NCBI GenBank assembly: GCA_900545605.1
Contig: UQZL01000002.1
Span: forward strand, 43,943 to 107,942
Direction of reading: 5' to 3'
From: an uncultured Collinsella sp.
Lineage (GTDB): Bacteria; Actinomycetota; Coriobacteriia; Coriobacteriales; Coriobacteriaceae
Length of the DNA: 64,000 bases
The notes beneath the pieces are model-generated. The model was not told where the DNA came from. It saw nothing but the letters and a program-made list of their open reading frames with translations, and searched no databases. Positions within the stretch are counted from its first letter, which is position 1. Each line of letters begins with the position of its first letter. Below are positions 46,508 through 56,607 of the stretch, one piece after another. Both the position numbers and the translations under genes were made by a program.

Positions 46508-48126
46508 TGACTGACGTGCGCGAGGCCGCGCAGGGCTTGATTGAGTATGCCATCCATCGATCGATGATCCGACAGGACGATCGCATCTGGGCCTACAACA
46601 CCATTTTGGAGTGCATCGGCGCCACGGGCCCGGCGCTCGACATGGCCTGGGCGCTCCAGGTCGAGAAACTCTCGCTCTTGCACCCCGATACCCTGCCCAA
46701 CTTTGACCTTGAAGGCACACTTGCCGCGCTTGCCGAGGCGGCTGTTGCCAACGGTGCTGCCGAGGACACGGTATCGGGCCGCGACCGCATCGCCATGCGC
46801 ATCATGGGCGTGCTGATGCCGAGGCCTTCGGTTGTAAACGAGGAATTCAACGGCCGCATGGGCGTCAACGAGCCCCGCGCCGCGACTGATTGGTTCTACG
46901 GCCTGTGCTGCGACGCCGGCTACGTGCGCCGTGCCGCCATCGCGCGCAACATCAAATGGAGCACCCCCACCAACTGGGGCGACCTCGAGATTACCATCAA
47001 CCTGTCAAAGCCCGAAAAGGACCCGCGCGATATTGCCGCGGCCGGCGCCGCCAAAAACACGGGCGAGAAGTATCCCGCCTGCCAGCTCTGCATCGAAAAC
47101 GAGGGCTATCCCGGACGCTCCGCTGCAGCCGACGGCGGCGCCCATCCCGCCCGCCAGAATCTGCGCGTTATCCCCATTAAGCTCGACGGCGAGCGCTGGG
47201 GCTTCCAATACAGCCCGTACGCGTACTTTAACGAGCACTGCATTGCCATGAGCTCCGAGCATCGTCCGATGCACGTCGACCGCAAGGGGCTGACCTGCCT
47301 GCTCGACTTTGTCGACCTGTTCCCGCACTACTTTATTGGCTCCAACGCCGACCTGCCCATCGTGGGCGGCTCGATTCTGTCGCACGACCACTTCCAGGGC
47401 GGCGCGCACGAGTTCCCCATGATGCATGCCGCCGAGGTCTCGCAGTTTAGCGTGCCCGGTTTTGACCAGGTCAGCGGTACCGTGCTGCAGTGGCCGCTCT
47501 CGGTGCTGCGCCTGCGCTCGCATGACCGCGCTCAGCTGCTCGACGCTGCCGAGAAGATTATCCTCGCCTGGCGCGAGTGGACCGATGAGTCTGTGGGCGT
47601 CATCGCGTACACAGCCGATGGCGTGGCGCACAACACCGTGACGCCCGTCATCCGCCGCGTCGACTCTCGCGGAAATGCCGGCGGCGAAATCTACGAGGCC
47701 TACCTGGCGCTTCGCTGCAACATCACGACCGACGAGCATCCGCTGGGCGTGTTCCACCCGCATGCCGAGTACCACCACATTAAGAAGGAGAACATCGGCC
47801 TGATCGAGGTCATGGGCCTGGCCATTCTTCCGCCGCGCCTGGTTCCCGAGCTCGGCGCTGTCCGCGAGCACCTGCTGGCGGCCAAGGTCGATGCCAGCTA
47901 CGACCTTGCTAGCGCGCTCGAGGGCGATGATCTATGCCGCAACCACGCCGCATGGGCCGAAGACGTTTTTGCCCGCCGCGCCGACGAGCTTACGGCAGAC
48001 AACGCCATCGATATCCTGCACGAGGAGGTCGGCGTGGTGTTTGGCCACGTGCTCGACAACGCCGGCGTCTTTAAGTGGGACGAAGCCGGCCGCGCCGCCC
48101 AGCAGCGCTTTATCGACTCGCTGTAA
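46498..48126 (+). CDS. galT: Galactose-1-phosphate uridylyltransferase (long, Firmicutes-type)
   Basis: EITINLSKPEKDPRDIA, YPACQLC, QYSPY, GSNADLPIVGGSILSHDHFQGG, HHIKKENIGLIEVMG. Confidence 0.93.
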   Translation: MAVMTDVREAAQGLIEYAIHRSMIRQDDRIWAYNTILECIGATGPALDMAWALQVEKLSLLHPDTLPNFDLEGTLAALAEAAVANGAAEDTVSGRDRIAMRIMGVLMPRPSVVNEEFNGRMGVNEPRAATDWFYGLCCDAGYVRRAAIARNIKWSTPTNWGDLEITINLSKPEKDPRDIAAAGAAKNTGEKYPACQLCIENEGYPGRSAAADGGAHPARQNLRVIPIKLDGERWGFQYSPYAYFNEHCIAMSSEHRPMHVDRKGLTCLLDFVDLFPHYFIGSNADLPIVGGSILSHDHFQGGAHEFPMMHAAEVSQFSVPGFDQVSGTVLQWPLSVLRLRSHDRAQLLDAAEKIILAWREWTDESVGVIAYTADGVAHNTVTPVIRRVDSRGNAGGEIYEAYLALRCNITTDEHPLGVFHPHAEYHHIKKENIGLIEVMGLAILPPRLVPELGAVREHLLAAKVDASYDLASALEGDDLCRNHAAWAEDVFARRADELTADNAIDILHEEVGVVFGHVLDNAGVFKWDEAGRAAQQRFIDSL

Positions 48127-48234
48127 TGATCCCTTGGGGACGGAGGAAAACGGATCATTTCGTCCTCAAGGCAACGGCGCCCGCCGGCAACATCGCCGAC
48201 GGGCGCCGTTTTTGAATGTTCGATGTCGCGACTC

Positions 48235-49170
48235 CTAGAGTTCAGTCACGACAACGCTGTTGTAGACCTCGTCCCAGCAGTCCATGACCAGGTGGCCGGT
48301 CTTGGGATCCATGGCGTTGAGCTTGCCGCAGGTATTGGCGGTCTTGAGCACCGTGACGTCGTCGGCACCAGCAGCAATGGCATGCGCAAAGCCGGCGATG
48401 GTCGAGTCGCCGGAACCCGTCGCGTTCACAGCCGCAATCGCGGGCGTCTTGGCGCGGAACGCGCGACCCTCATGGAAGCCCACCGAACCGGCAGCGCCCA
48501 TCGAAACGACAACCCAGGGGATACCGGCAAAGCGGCCATCGGCGGCAAGCGCCTCGCGTAGGGCATCGACATCATCGGTCGTAAAGGACGTACCCAGCAG
48601 GCCGTTAATCTCGGTCAGATTGGGCTTTACGAGCTCAGGCTTAGCGTCGGACTCCAGCGCGGCCTCCAGCGATGCACCCGAGGTGTCGAGCAACACCTTG
48701 GCGCCCGCCTCCTCGGCGATCTTGACGAGCTCGGCATAGTAGCCGGCATCGACGCCACGCGGCAGCGAGCCCGAAAGCGTCACAACGTCCGCCTTCGCTG
48801 CAAGCTCGGCGAACTTGGCCGTAAAGGCCTCGAGCTCGGCCGGGGCAATCTGCGGGCCGCTCTCTAACAGCTCGGTCTGATTGCCCTCGTGCAGAATATT
48901 CAGGCAGATGCGCGTCTCGCCGGCAATGGGCACAAAGTCGTTCTTGACGCCATCAGCATCCATAAGCTCGGCCATATAGGCGCCCATGTGGCCGCCGAGC
49001 AGACCGGTCGCGAGCACGTCGTCGCCCAGCTGCAGCAGCACACGGCTCACGTTGAGGCCCTTGCCGCCAGCGGTCTTTTCGGGCGTCACACGGTTCACGT
49101 CGTCGATGATCAACTTGTCGAGCTGATAGCGCGTATCAATCGACGGGTTCATGGTAACGGTCAGAATCAT
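48235..49170 (-). CDS. lacC: Tagatose-6-phosphate kinase (PfkB/LacC family)
   Basis: MILTVTMNPSID, AGGKGLNV, KPN, NATGSGDS; in an operon with lacAB. Confidence 0.85.
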   Translation of the reverse strand: MILTVTMNPSIDTRYQLDKLIIDDVNRVTPEKTAGGKGLNVSRVLLQLGDDVLATGLLGGHMGAYMAELMDADGVKNDFVPIAGETRICLNILHEGNQTELLESGPQIAPAELEAFTAKFAELAAKADVVTLSGSLPRGVDAGYYAELVKIAEEAGAKVLLDTSGASLEAALESDAKPELVKPNLTEINGLLGTSFTTDDVDALREALAADGRFAGIPWVVVSMGAAGSVGFHEGRAFRAKTPAIAAVNATGSGDSTIAGFAHAIAAGADDVTVLKTANTCGKLNAMDPKTGHLVMDCWDEVYNSVVVTEL

Positions 49171-49226
49171 ATTGAACTCCTGTTTCCGGGGCACGACACG
49201 CGCGGCCCCAAACATACGATAGCTCG

Positions 49227-50108
49227 TTAAAGGATCTCGATCTCAAAGCCGCGGGTGACGGTCTCCCCCGGCTTGGCAACCAGGCAGCCACGCTTGTGCT
49301 CCAGAATATCGTCCTCGTCGGAGCAGGTGGACAGACCACCCCACGGTTCAACAGCCACAAAGTCGCCCTCGGGCTTGCTCCACACAATCAGGTACGGCAT
49401 ATCGGGGAACGTCAGGCGCACGCCCTTGTCCTCGGTTTTCTTGGTCAGCGTAACCACGTGGCTCTCGAGCACATCAAAGATGGTCTCGGCGAAGTCGAAG
49501 AGCTCATGGGTAAGCGGCAGATCGTGGCCGACCATCGGGTTCTTGCTACGGTGCTCGACATCGATCAGGCCTGTGGAGGGAACAGCGGTGCAAAGCTCGG
49601 TCGCCTCACGCTGATCGAAACGAAGTTCATAGTCGTCGTAGGACTCGCCCTCGTCGAGCGGGCACTTAAAGCCGGGGTGACCACCCACAAAGAATGGCAT
49701 ATCCTCGATGCCCTCATTGGTCACCTCGTACGACACGGCCACCTTTTCCGAATCGATCGTGTAACGAGCAACGATCTTAAACGGATACGGGTACTGCTCG
49801 AGCAACTCGGCATGGTCGGCAGAGCTTAGGCTCAGCGCAACCATGTTGTCACTCTGCTTCTCGAGCTTCCACTCCTGCTTGCGGGCAAAACCATGGCGGG
49901 CGAGCTTGACCTCGCGACCACCCATAGTCATCGCGCGACCGTCACGAAGGCCGCCGCAGATCGGGAAGCAAATGGGTGCCTGGCCCGACCAGACCGAAGA
50001 ATCACCCTGCCACAGGTACTCACGGCCGTTGGCCGCAATAGAAGTGAACGACCCGCCCGCCGTGCTCAGTGCTACGCGGATAGAACCGTTATCAAGAACA
50101 AACTCCAT
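49227..50108 (-). CDS. Aldose 1-epimerase family protein (LacX-like)
   Basis: EYLWQGD..WSGQAPICFP, HGFAR, GGHPGF, VAVEPW. Confidence 0.85.
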   Translation of the reverse strand: MEFVLDNGSIRVALSTAGGSFTSIAANGREYLWQGDSSVWSGQAPICFPICGGLRDGRAMTMGGREVKLARHGFARKQEWKLEKQSDNMVALSLSSADHAELLEQYPYPFKIVARYTIDSEKVAVSYEVTNEGIEDMPFFVGGHPGFKCPLDEGESYDDYELRFDQREATELCTAVPSTGLIDVEHRSKNPMVGHDLPLTHELFDFAETIFDVLESHVVTLTKKTEDKGVRLTFPDMPYLIVWSKPEGDFVAVEPWGGLSTCSDEDDILEHKRGCLVAKPGETVTRGFEIEIL

Positions 50109-50227
50109 AGGAGCCTTCCCTTTCTTACGACAGCCCGCCAAGTCAATAGGGCCGATAGAAAACCGGCCCGCGCCCCCTCACAGAAACGCGAGCCGTCAAC
50201 GGACTAGTAAATTACGCCGGATACCCG

Positions 50228-50752
50228 CTAATCATGGTATTCGCCGCGGTCCCACTTCTCCAGGAACTCGTCAAAGAAGTGCGGGTCAGCCTGAGCCTCG
50301 GCGTCGGCCTTGTTGCAGGCATCGATCTTGGCGATCAGGGCATCGTGCTCGGGGGTCTTCTCGTAGGGCTCCTCCAGGAAGGCAAGCATAATGTCGGCCA
50401 TCAGGAACTCGCCGGTGATCTTGCCGCCAAAGCCCACGATGTTGGCGTTGAGCTCGCGACGGGCATACAGGGCAGAGGTCATGTCGCGAACCAGGGCGCA
50501 GCGGGCGCCGGGAACCTTGTTGACGGCGTTAGTGATGCCGATGCCGGTGCCGCACAGGGCCACGCCAAAGTCAGCCTTGCCGCTGGCAACAGCCTCGCCC
50601 ACGGCCTTACCGTAGATGGGATAGTGCGTACGGGTGTGGCTGTAGGTGCCGCAGTCGAGCACCTTGTAGCCAGCCTGCTCCAGGCGGTCGGCCAGATAGA
50701 TCTTCTCGTCCGTAACGATATGGTCGCAACCGATTGCGATGGTCTTCTTCAT
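50228..50752 (-). CDS. lacB: Galactose-6-phosphate isomerase subunit B
   Basis: [40 protein letters not shown]. Confidence 0.93.
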   Translation of the reverse strand: MKKTIAIGCDHIVTDEKIYLADRLEQAGYKVLDCGTYSHTRTHYPIYGKAVGEAVASGKADFGVALCGTGIGITNAVNKVPGARCALVRDMTSALYARRELNANIVGFGGKITGEFLMADIMLAFLEEPYEKTPEHDALIAKIDACNKADAEAQADPHFFDEFLEKWDRGEYHD

Positions 50753-50815
50753 CAGAACGTCCTTTCGTCTGAATTCACAAGTTGAGGTAGAAGTTCGAGT
50801 TCTCGGTGGCTCTCG

Positions 50816-51244
50816 TTAGGCCATCTTGTTGAGCATGTCGACACGGATCTGGTGACGGCCGCCGGCGTACTGGGCGCGCAGGAACTCGCGGGCGATCTTC
50901 TTGGCGACCTCGGTGCCCACAACGCCCGGGCCCATGGTGACCATGCGCGAGCCGTTATGCTCGCGGGTCATGTAGGCGGAGCGCTCGTCGGAAATGTTAG
51001 CGACGACCATTCCCTTGATCTTGACGGCGGCCATATAGGAGCCGACGCCGTACTTATCGAATGCAAAGCCCTGGGAATCCTTGTGCTCCAGCAGGTCCTT
51101 GGCAACGGCGGTGGCGGAATCGACAAAGTCCGCGGCAGGGGTCTCGGAATAGTCGACGACCTCGTGACCGTCGGCGATGAGCATCTCCTTGATGGACTCC
51201 TTCATCGACATACCGTCGGCATCGGAAGCGATTACAACCCTCAT
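50816..51244 (-). CDS. lacA: Galactose-6-phosphate isomerase subunit A
   Basis: SDERSAYMTREHN, YAGGRHQIRVDMLNKM. Confidence 0.93.
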   Translation of the reverse strand: MRVVIASDADGMSMKESIKEMLIADGHEVVDYSETPAADFVDSATAVAKDLLEHKDSQGFAFDKYGVGSYMAAVKIKGMVVANISDERSAYMTREHNGSRMVTMGPGVVGTEVAKKIAREFLRAQYAGGRHQIRVDMLNKMA

Positions 51245-51551
51245 GACATCCTCCTTGAGAGATACGCTGGCGCGTAGTTTCTGTTTGGAAGTGTTGAATC
51301 GCGATCAGGTCCGGGCATCTGAATGTGCGGTTCTTCACTGTTCATGTTTATTTGAACACATTCGAACAGTAACTGCAACAACTATTTGTTTATCTTTGTT
51401 CTTTTTTGAACAAATACCGTTCACGGATGATTGCTGACCGTTTGAGCCGGGCGCGGACGTAGAGATCATGTGTTCAACAAACAATAGGGCGGCCGAGAAC
51501 GTTTCTCGGCCGCCCTTCGGCGGTATTCCCCGGTATATACAGCTGTTTTAG

Positions 51552-52574
51552 CTACTTGGACTGCCCGCCCTTTTTGGCGTGCTTGGACGGAGCACTCAGA
51601 AAGCGGCCCGTCAGATAGTTCGCGGGACCGGAGATATCGATCCCCAACAGGGTGTGGCCCAGCCACAGAAACGCCACGAGCACCAGCAGTGGAATCACGC
51701 ACGAGGTCACGATCATCACGATGACACCTTCGATCAGATCGGTCACCTGCTGCACGATCTCGTCGGTCATCTGTTTGGCGCCGCTGGTCACCGACGTAAC
51801 AAGGCTCGATGCCCCATCAGTCAACTGCTCGAGCACGTTTTTGGACTCCGTGGTCTCAGATTTTTTCTTGTTCGATTTTGAGCTGGTCTCGACTGACTTG
51901 TCCGTGGTGTCGGCCGCATCCGCAGCCTTTTGCTCGGCTTGCTCAATACTTACGCGATACGTTTCATCGACCTTCTGCGACACCCATACGCTCGCGGGCA
52001 CGAGCGCCATGCCGATCACGGCAACCACCAGCACGCGCGTCGCCACACGGCGCAGGACAGTGCTCGTGCTCCAGCGCCCGTGAATGCCGAGCGACGCCGC
52101 AAAGAGCACCAACGCAAACGGGATTAAGATGCCCAGGCCGACCGACCACAAAATGGTTAGCAGGTATTTCTCTAGGTAGAGCACGGCAAGCACGATACCA
52201 AGGTTGCCTGAAAGCTGCGCGAGCTGCTCGGCAACCGGCGTTCCCGTATCACCCGGCAGCGCGGTAATGCCCGCAGACAGCGCCACGCACGAGGTCGTGA
52301 GCGCCAGTACGTTACCCTTCTTTTGGTCGATGACCTCGATGGTGGAGTCCCAAGTTTTGGTATCGGCGAAATGCGGACGAGCTACAAAGCCCGACAGCAG
52401 CGCCAGGACCACGAGCGCAACGATAAAGCTAATCTGCAGCTTTTTGTTTGCGCACACGACATCGGACAGGCTGGGCTGCAGCTCGGTTACCGTCGTATGC
52501 TCGGTTATCTGGACAGGACGCCCATGAGCCATCTCGTGCGCATCTGTCTTTTGAATCAATCCGTTGTCCGGCAT
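51552..52574 (-). CDS. Hypothetical membrane protein
   Basis: Several TM segments and a charged linker; GAGGAGG RBS; no recognised family. Confidence 0.75.
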   Translation of the reverse strand: MPDNGLIQKTDAHEMAHGRPVQITEHTTVTELQPSLSDVVCANKKLQISFIVALVVLALLSGFVARPHFADTKTWDSTIEVIDQKKGNVLALTTSCVALSAGITALPGDTGTPVAEQLAQLSGNLGIVLAVLYLEKYLLTILWSVGLGILIPFALVLFAASLGIHGRWSTSTVLRRVATRVLVVAVIGMALVPASVWVSQKVDETYRVSIEQAEQKAADAADTTDKSVETSSKSNKKKSETTESKNVLEQLTDGASSLVTSVTSGAKQMTDEIVQQVTDLIEGVIVMIVTSCVIPLLVLVAFLWLGHTLLGIDISGPANYLTGRFLSAPSKHAKKGGQSK

Positions 52575-52859
52575 TTGGACACCTCCTCATTCCGGCCTGC
52601 ATTGCGGATGGAAGTATACCCACCCATCGAAAAACCGAACGGGAGGGCGTGCAGAAGCTCCAAGACTGCCCCCAACGACTAGTCGTTTAAGAACGTCCCC
52701 AATGACTGTCTCAGGATGAGTTGCGGTGGAATAGGGGTTGTTTTGCGCCCGCCGGCCCCTATTCAGTCCCCATTTCACCGCAACTTGGAGGAGGACAGAA
52801 AAAGCCCTGCCGCGGGTAGCGGCAGAGCTTTTGGAAGGGGACTTGATTGTGCGGACTCG

Positions 52860-53198
52860 TTAGGCGAGCTTGGCCTCGAGCTCGGCGATGCGCTTGTAGG
52901 CATCGATGGTAAAGCGGGCCTGCTTCTCCAGAATCATAGTGGTCATGAGAGTGTCCTGAGCGTGAGCCATGATGAAGGTCATCTCCATCTCGCCACCGCC
53001 GGCCTCCTGCGAAAGCAGCTTGGTCTGCGTGTCGTGGGCACCGATGAGCGCATCGCTGGCATCCTTGTGCAGCTGTTCGGCCTTCTCAAAGTCACCCTCG
53101 CGAGCAGCATCGAGCGCTGCAAGCAGATCGGTCTGGGCGTCACCTGCATATGCGACAATCTCGAATCCAACCATCGAGATTTCTTCTTTGGTTGCCAT
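52860..53198 (-). CDS. lacF: PTS lactose/cellobiose EIIA
   Basis: GFEIVAYAGDA, AHDTQTKLL, MAHAQDTLMT. Confidence 0.9.
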   Translation of the reverse strand: MATKEEISMVGFEIVAYAGDAQTDLLAALDAAREGDFEKAEQLHKDASDALIGAHDTQTKLLSQEAGGGEMEMTFIMAHAQDTLMTTMILEKQARFTIDAYKRIAELEAKLA

Positions 53199-53412
53199 AT
53201 TGCGTTCCTTTCACATATGAACCAATGGAGAGCATCGCGTCCGGGCATACGCGCTGCGTTGTGTATGACAGAAACAATAACATTCAAACAAAAAAGAACA
53301 GCGTAAAACGTAATTTCGAGCTATGAACGGTCACTTTTCGTCCGTGAACGGTTTTTAAACCAATCTGAACAATATCGAACACAATTAGCGGAAACCCAAA
53401 CAGACCCGCGCC

Positions 53413-54417
53413 CTAGCGCCAATCGCGCACCGTATCGCCCTCGACGAGCACGCCCGGAAACAGCATGTGCTCCACACCGGGCGCAACGCCCTCGGCGCCG
53501 GCAATCTTGTCGACCGCCCACATGCCGACGTGCTTGTTGTCAAAGCGCACCGTGGTCAGGCGACAATCGGGCACGATATCGCCCAGACTATCATCAACAC
53601 CCACCACGCTCACGTCCTGGGGCACGCACTTTCCGCGCGACTCGAGCCCGCGAATGCAGCCGTAGGCCATGGCGTCGTTGGAGGCATAAATGGCGGTACA
53701 GGTCGGATCATCCGCCAGAGCCTGGCCTGCGGCATATCCGCTCTGTGCCGTCCAATCCCCACGGACGAGTCGCGGCGGCTCAATGCCATGCGCACGCAAT
53801 GTCTCGCGCCAGCCTTCCTCGCGCCGCATGCCCGAAAGCGAGCGCTCGGGACACGAAATAAAGTGCACGGTTTTGTGCCCCCGCCCCAGCAAGTACTCGA
53901 CCACCTGGCGCGAGCAATCGAACTGGTCGTTATCGACCGTTGAACAGAGCGGGTGCTCCAGCATGGTAACGAGCACCGTCTGCATGCCGGGCAGCGGCTC
54001 GAAGGTGCCAAAGTCCGCCGGCATGCGATTCATGATCACGACCATGCCGTCTACCGGCAGCGCGCTCATACGCGACGATGCGCTCTCGAGGGTATAGGGA
54101 TGTCCATCTACTTTAGTGAGGGTGATGGCATAGCCATGTTTGTCGGCCGCGGCGGCAAAGCCCTCCATACGGTCGAGGTTGCCGGTACCGGTAATGTTGA
54201 ACATGGCGACGCCGACGGTCTTAAACTTGCCACGGCGCAGCGATCGACCGGCAAAATTGGGGCGATACCCCAGCTCGCGCATGGCGGCACGCACGCGTTC
54301 CTTGGTCTCGGGGCGCACACTGGGCGAATCGTGCACGGTGCGCGAGACCGTCTGCTCCGAGACGCCCGCGAGGCGCGCCACGTCTTTGACAGATACCGAT
54401 TTTTTAACAGCGGCCAT
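53413..54417 (-). CDS. LacI-family repressor, paralog B
   Basis: VKDVARLAGVSEQTVSRT HTH; divergent from lacE copy 1. Confidence 0.9.
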   Translation of the reverse strand: MAAVKKSVSVKDVARLAGVSEQTVSRTVHDSPSVRPETKERVRAAMRELGYRPNFAGRSLRRGKFKTVGVAMFNITGTGNLDRMEGFAAAADKHGYAITLTKVDGHPYTLESASSRMSALPVDGMVVIMNRMPADFGTFEPLPGMQTVLVTMLEHPLCSTVDNDQFDCSRQVVEYLLGRGHKTVHFISCPERSLSGMRREEGWRETLRAHGIEPPRLVRGDWTAQSGYAAGQALADDPTCTAIYASNDAMAYGCIRGLESRGKCVPQDVSVVGVDDSLGDIVPDCRLTTVRFDNKHVGMWAVDKIAGAEGVAPGVEHMLFPGVLVEGDTVRDWR

Positions 54418-54431
54418 AGGTCGATCTTTCT

Positions 54432-54712
54432 ATGTCAACGATGCCATTGGTGGCACCCTACGCAGTCAAATGAAACGTCTTCAAGTATATCTAACGCCTC
54501 CCCCACCATACGCTCACCACCCAAAACCTACCGTTCACCGACATTTTTGCTTCCCCGAACGGCTTTTGGCGCCCAAATGTTAACGTTGCCATTGTGCAAA
54601 CACAGAGCCACCGGGCGGCTCAAACGTTTACGCGTAAGGAATCGACGGTTCGCAGGCACAGGAACCACCGGTTCGCTTCTTTTTATGTGTCACAAAATGG
54701 CAACGTCAACAT
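54432..54712. promoter_or_regulatory. Three operators ATGTYRACGWTGCCAT between LacI-B and lacE1
   Basis: 54432-54447, 54577-54592 and 54697-54712 (inverted). Confidence 0.75.
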
Positions 54713-54774
54713 TTTGGCAACCGAAAGTCAAAAGCTACCATCGTTGCTAACCCACCGACTCTTAGGAGCATTGC

Positions 54775-56541
54775 ATGGAGCAACTCATCGCCATCATCGA
54801 AAAGGGCCAGCCCTTTTTCAACGCGATCGCCCGCAACAAGTACCTCAAGGCGATCCGCGACGGCTTTATCTCCGTCATCCCCATCATCATCTTCTCGTCC
54901 ATCTTCTGCCTGGTAGCCTCGGTCCCCAACATCTGGGGTTTCTACTGGCCCGATGACATCAACAACGCCCTGTGGAAGTGCTACAACTACTCCATGGGCA
55001 TCCTGGCCATCGCCTGCGCCGCCACCACGGCCAAGCACTTCGCCGACGCTCAGAACCGCGATCTGCCCAAGAACAACCAGATCAACTTCATCTCGTGCAT
55101 GTGCGCGGCCATCATCGGCTTCTTGCTCCTTTCGAGCGACACCATCGCCACGGACGCCGCCAGCGGCTTCAACACCACCTACCTTGGTTCCAAGGGCCTG
55201 CTGACCGCTTTCATCGCTGCGTTTGTGACCGGCATCATCTACAAGTTCTTCATTAAGCGCAACATCACCGTCAAGATGCCCGAGCAGGTCCCGCCCAACA
55301 TCTCGCAGACCTTTAAGGACATCATCCCCTTCTCCGTCTGCATCACCGTCTTTTGGGTCTTTGACATCGTCTTCCGCGCTGCTTTTGGCTTCTGCTTTGC
55401 CCAGGGCGTCATCCAGGTGTTCCAGCCCCTGTTCACCGCTGCCGATGGCTACATCGGCCTCGCTGTGATCTACGGCGCCATGAGCCTGTTCTGGTTCGTG
55501 GGCGTCCACGGCCCCTCGATCGTCGAGCCCGCCATCGCCGCCGCCCTCGTTGCCAACATGACCGACAACCTGGCTGCGTTCCAGGCTGGCCAGCACGCTT
55601 CCGCTGTCCTGACCCAGGGTGCCCAGTACTTCGTCGTCTGCATGGGCGGCACCGGCGCCACGCTCGTCCTGGTCTTTATGTTCTGCTTCCTGGCCAAGTC
55701 CCAGGAGATGCGCGCCGTCGGTAAGGCCGCTATCGTTCCCGTGTGCTTTGCCGTCAACGAGCCGCTGCTGTTCGCCGCACCCATCGTGCTCAACCCCGTC
55801 TTCTTTGTCCCGTTTGTCTTTGCCCCGATCGCCAACATCTGGATCCTCAAGATCTTTATCGACTTCTTGGGCATGAACGGCTTTATGTACACCCTGCCCT
55901 GGACTGTCCCCGGCCCCATCGGCACCATCATGGGCCTGGGCTTCCAGCCGCTCGCCTTTGTGATGCTCGCCCTTATCCTGGTCGTCGACTTCGTTCTGTA
56001 CTACCCGTTCTTCCGTGCCTACGACGCCCAGAAGTGCGCCGAGGAGGCCGAGATTTCCCAAGAGGAGCTCGCCGCCAAGAACGCCGAGAAGGCCGCCAAG
56101 CTCAGCGATGCCTTCCAGGGCAAGGCTGACGCCAAGAGCGTTGCCGCCGGCGCTGCTGCCGAGGCCGTGAAGGCCGACGCCCCCGCCGCTGTCGCCACTG
56201 AGGCAACGACCGCCAGCGACCTCAACGGCAAGCGCGTACTCGTGCTCTGCCAGGGTGGCGGAACCTCGGGCCTGCTCGCCAACGCGCTGGCCAAGGCCGC
56301 CAAGGAGCGCGGCATCAATCTTGAGACCGCTGCCGAGGCATATGGTAACCACGTCGACATGCTCCCCGACTTTGACCTGGTCGTCCTGGCCCCGCAGGCT
56401 GCCAGCTACTTGGCCGACCTGCAGAAGGACTGCGAGCGCGTGGGCAACAAGTGCGTCGCCTGTCGCGGTAAGCAGTACATCGAGCTCTCCCAGAACGGCG
56501 ATAAGTCTCTCGCCTTCGTCTCCGAGCAGCTTTCGAAGTAA
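54775..56541 (+). CDS. lacE: PTS lactose-specific EIICB, copy 1
   Basis: RNKYLKAIRDGF, WFVGVHGPSIV, MGGTGAT, NEPLLF; EIIB VLCQGGGTSGLLA...LAPQ. Confidence 0.92.
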   Translation: MEQLIAIIEKGQPFFNAIARNKYLKAIRDGFISVIPIIIFSSIFCLVASVPNIWGFYWPDDINNALWKCYNYSMGILAIACAATTAKHFADAQNRDLPKNNQINFISCMCAAIIGFLLLSSDTIATDAASGFNTTYLGSKGLLTAFIAAFVTGIIYKFFIKRNITVKMPEQVPPNISQTFKDIIPFSVCITVFWVFDIVFRAAFGFCFAQGVIQVFQPLFTAADGYIGLAVIYGAMSLFWFVGVHGPSIVEPAIAAALVANMTDNLAAFQAGQHASAVLTQGAQYFVVCMGGTGATLVLVFMFCFLAKSQEMRAVGKAAIVPVCFAVNEPLLFAAPIVLNPVFFVPFVFAPIANIWILKIFIDFLGMNGFMYTLPWTVPGPIGTIMGLGFQPLAFVMLALILVVDFVLYYPFFRAYDAQKCAEEAEISQEELAAKNAEKAAKLSDAFQGKADAKSVAAGAAAEAVKADAPAAVATEATTASDLNGKRVLVLCQGGGTSGLLANALAKAAKERGINLETAAEAYGNHVDMLPDFDLVVLAPQAASYLADLQKDCERVGNKCVACRGKQYIELSQNGDKSLAFVSEQLSK

Positions 56542-56607
56542 GTAACGCTCAGGGCCAGCCGACCATCCAAGACCGGCTGGTCCTTCGATTTAGACGATTG
56601 GATCATC

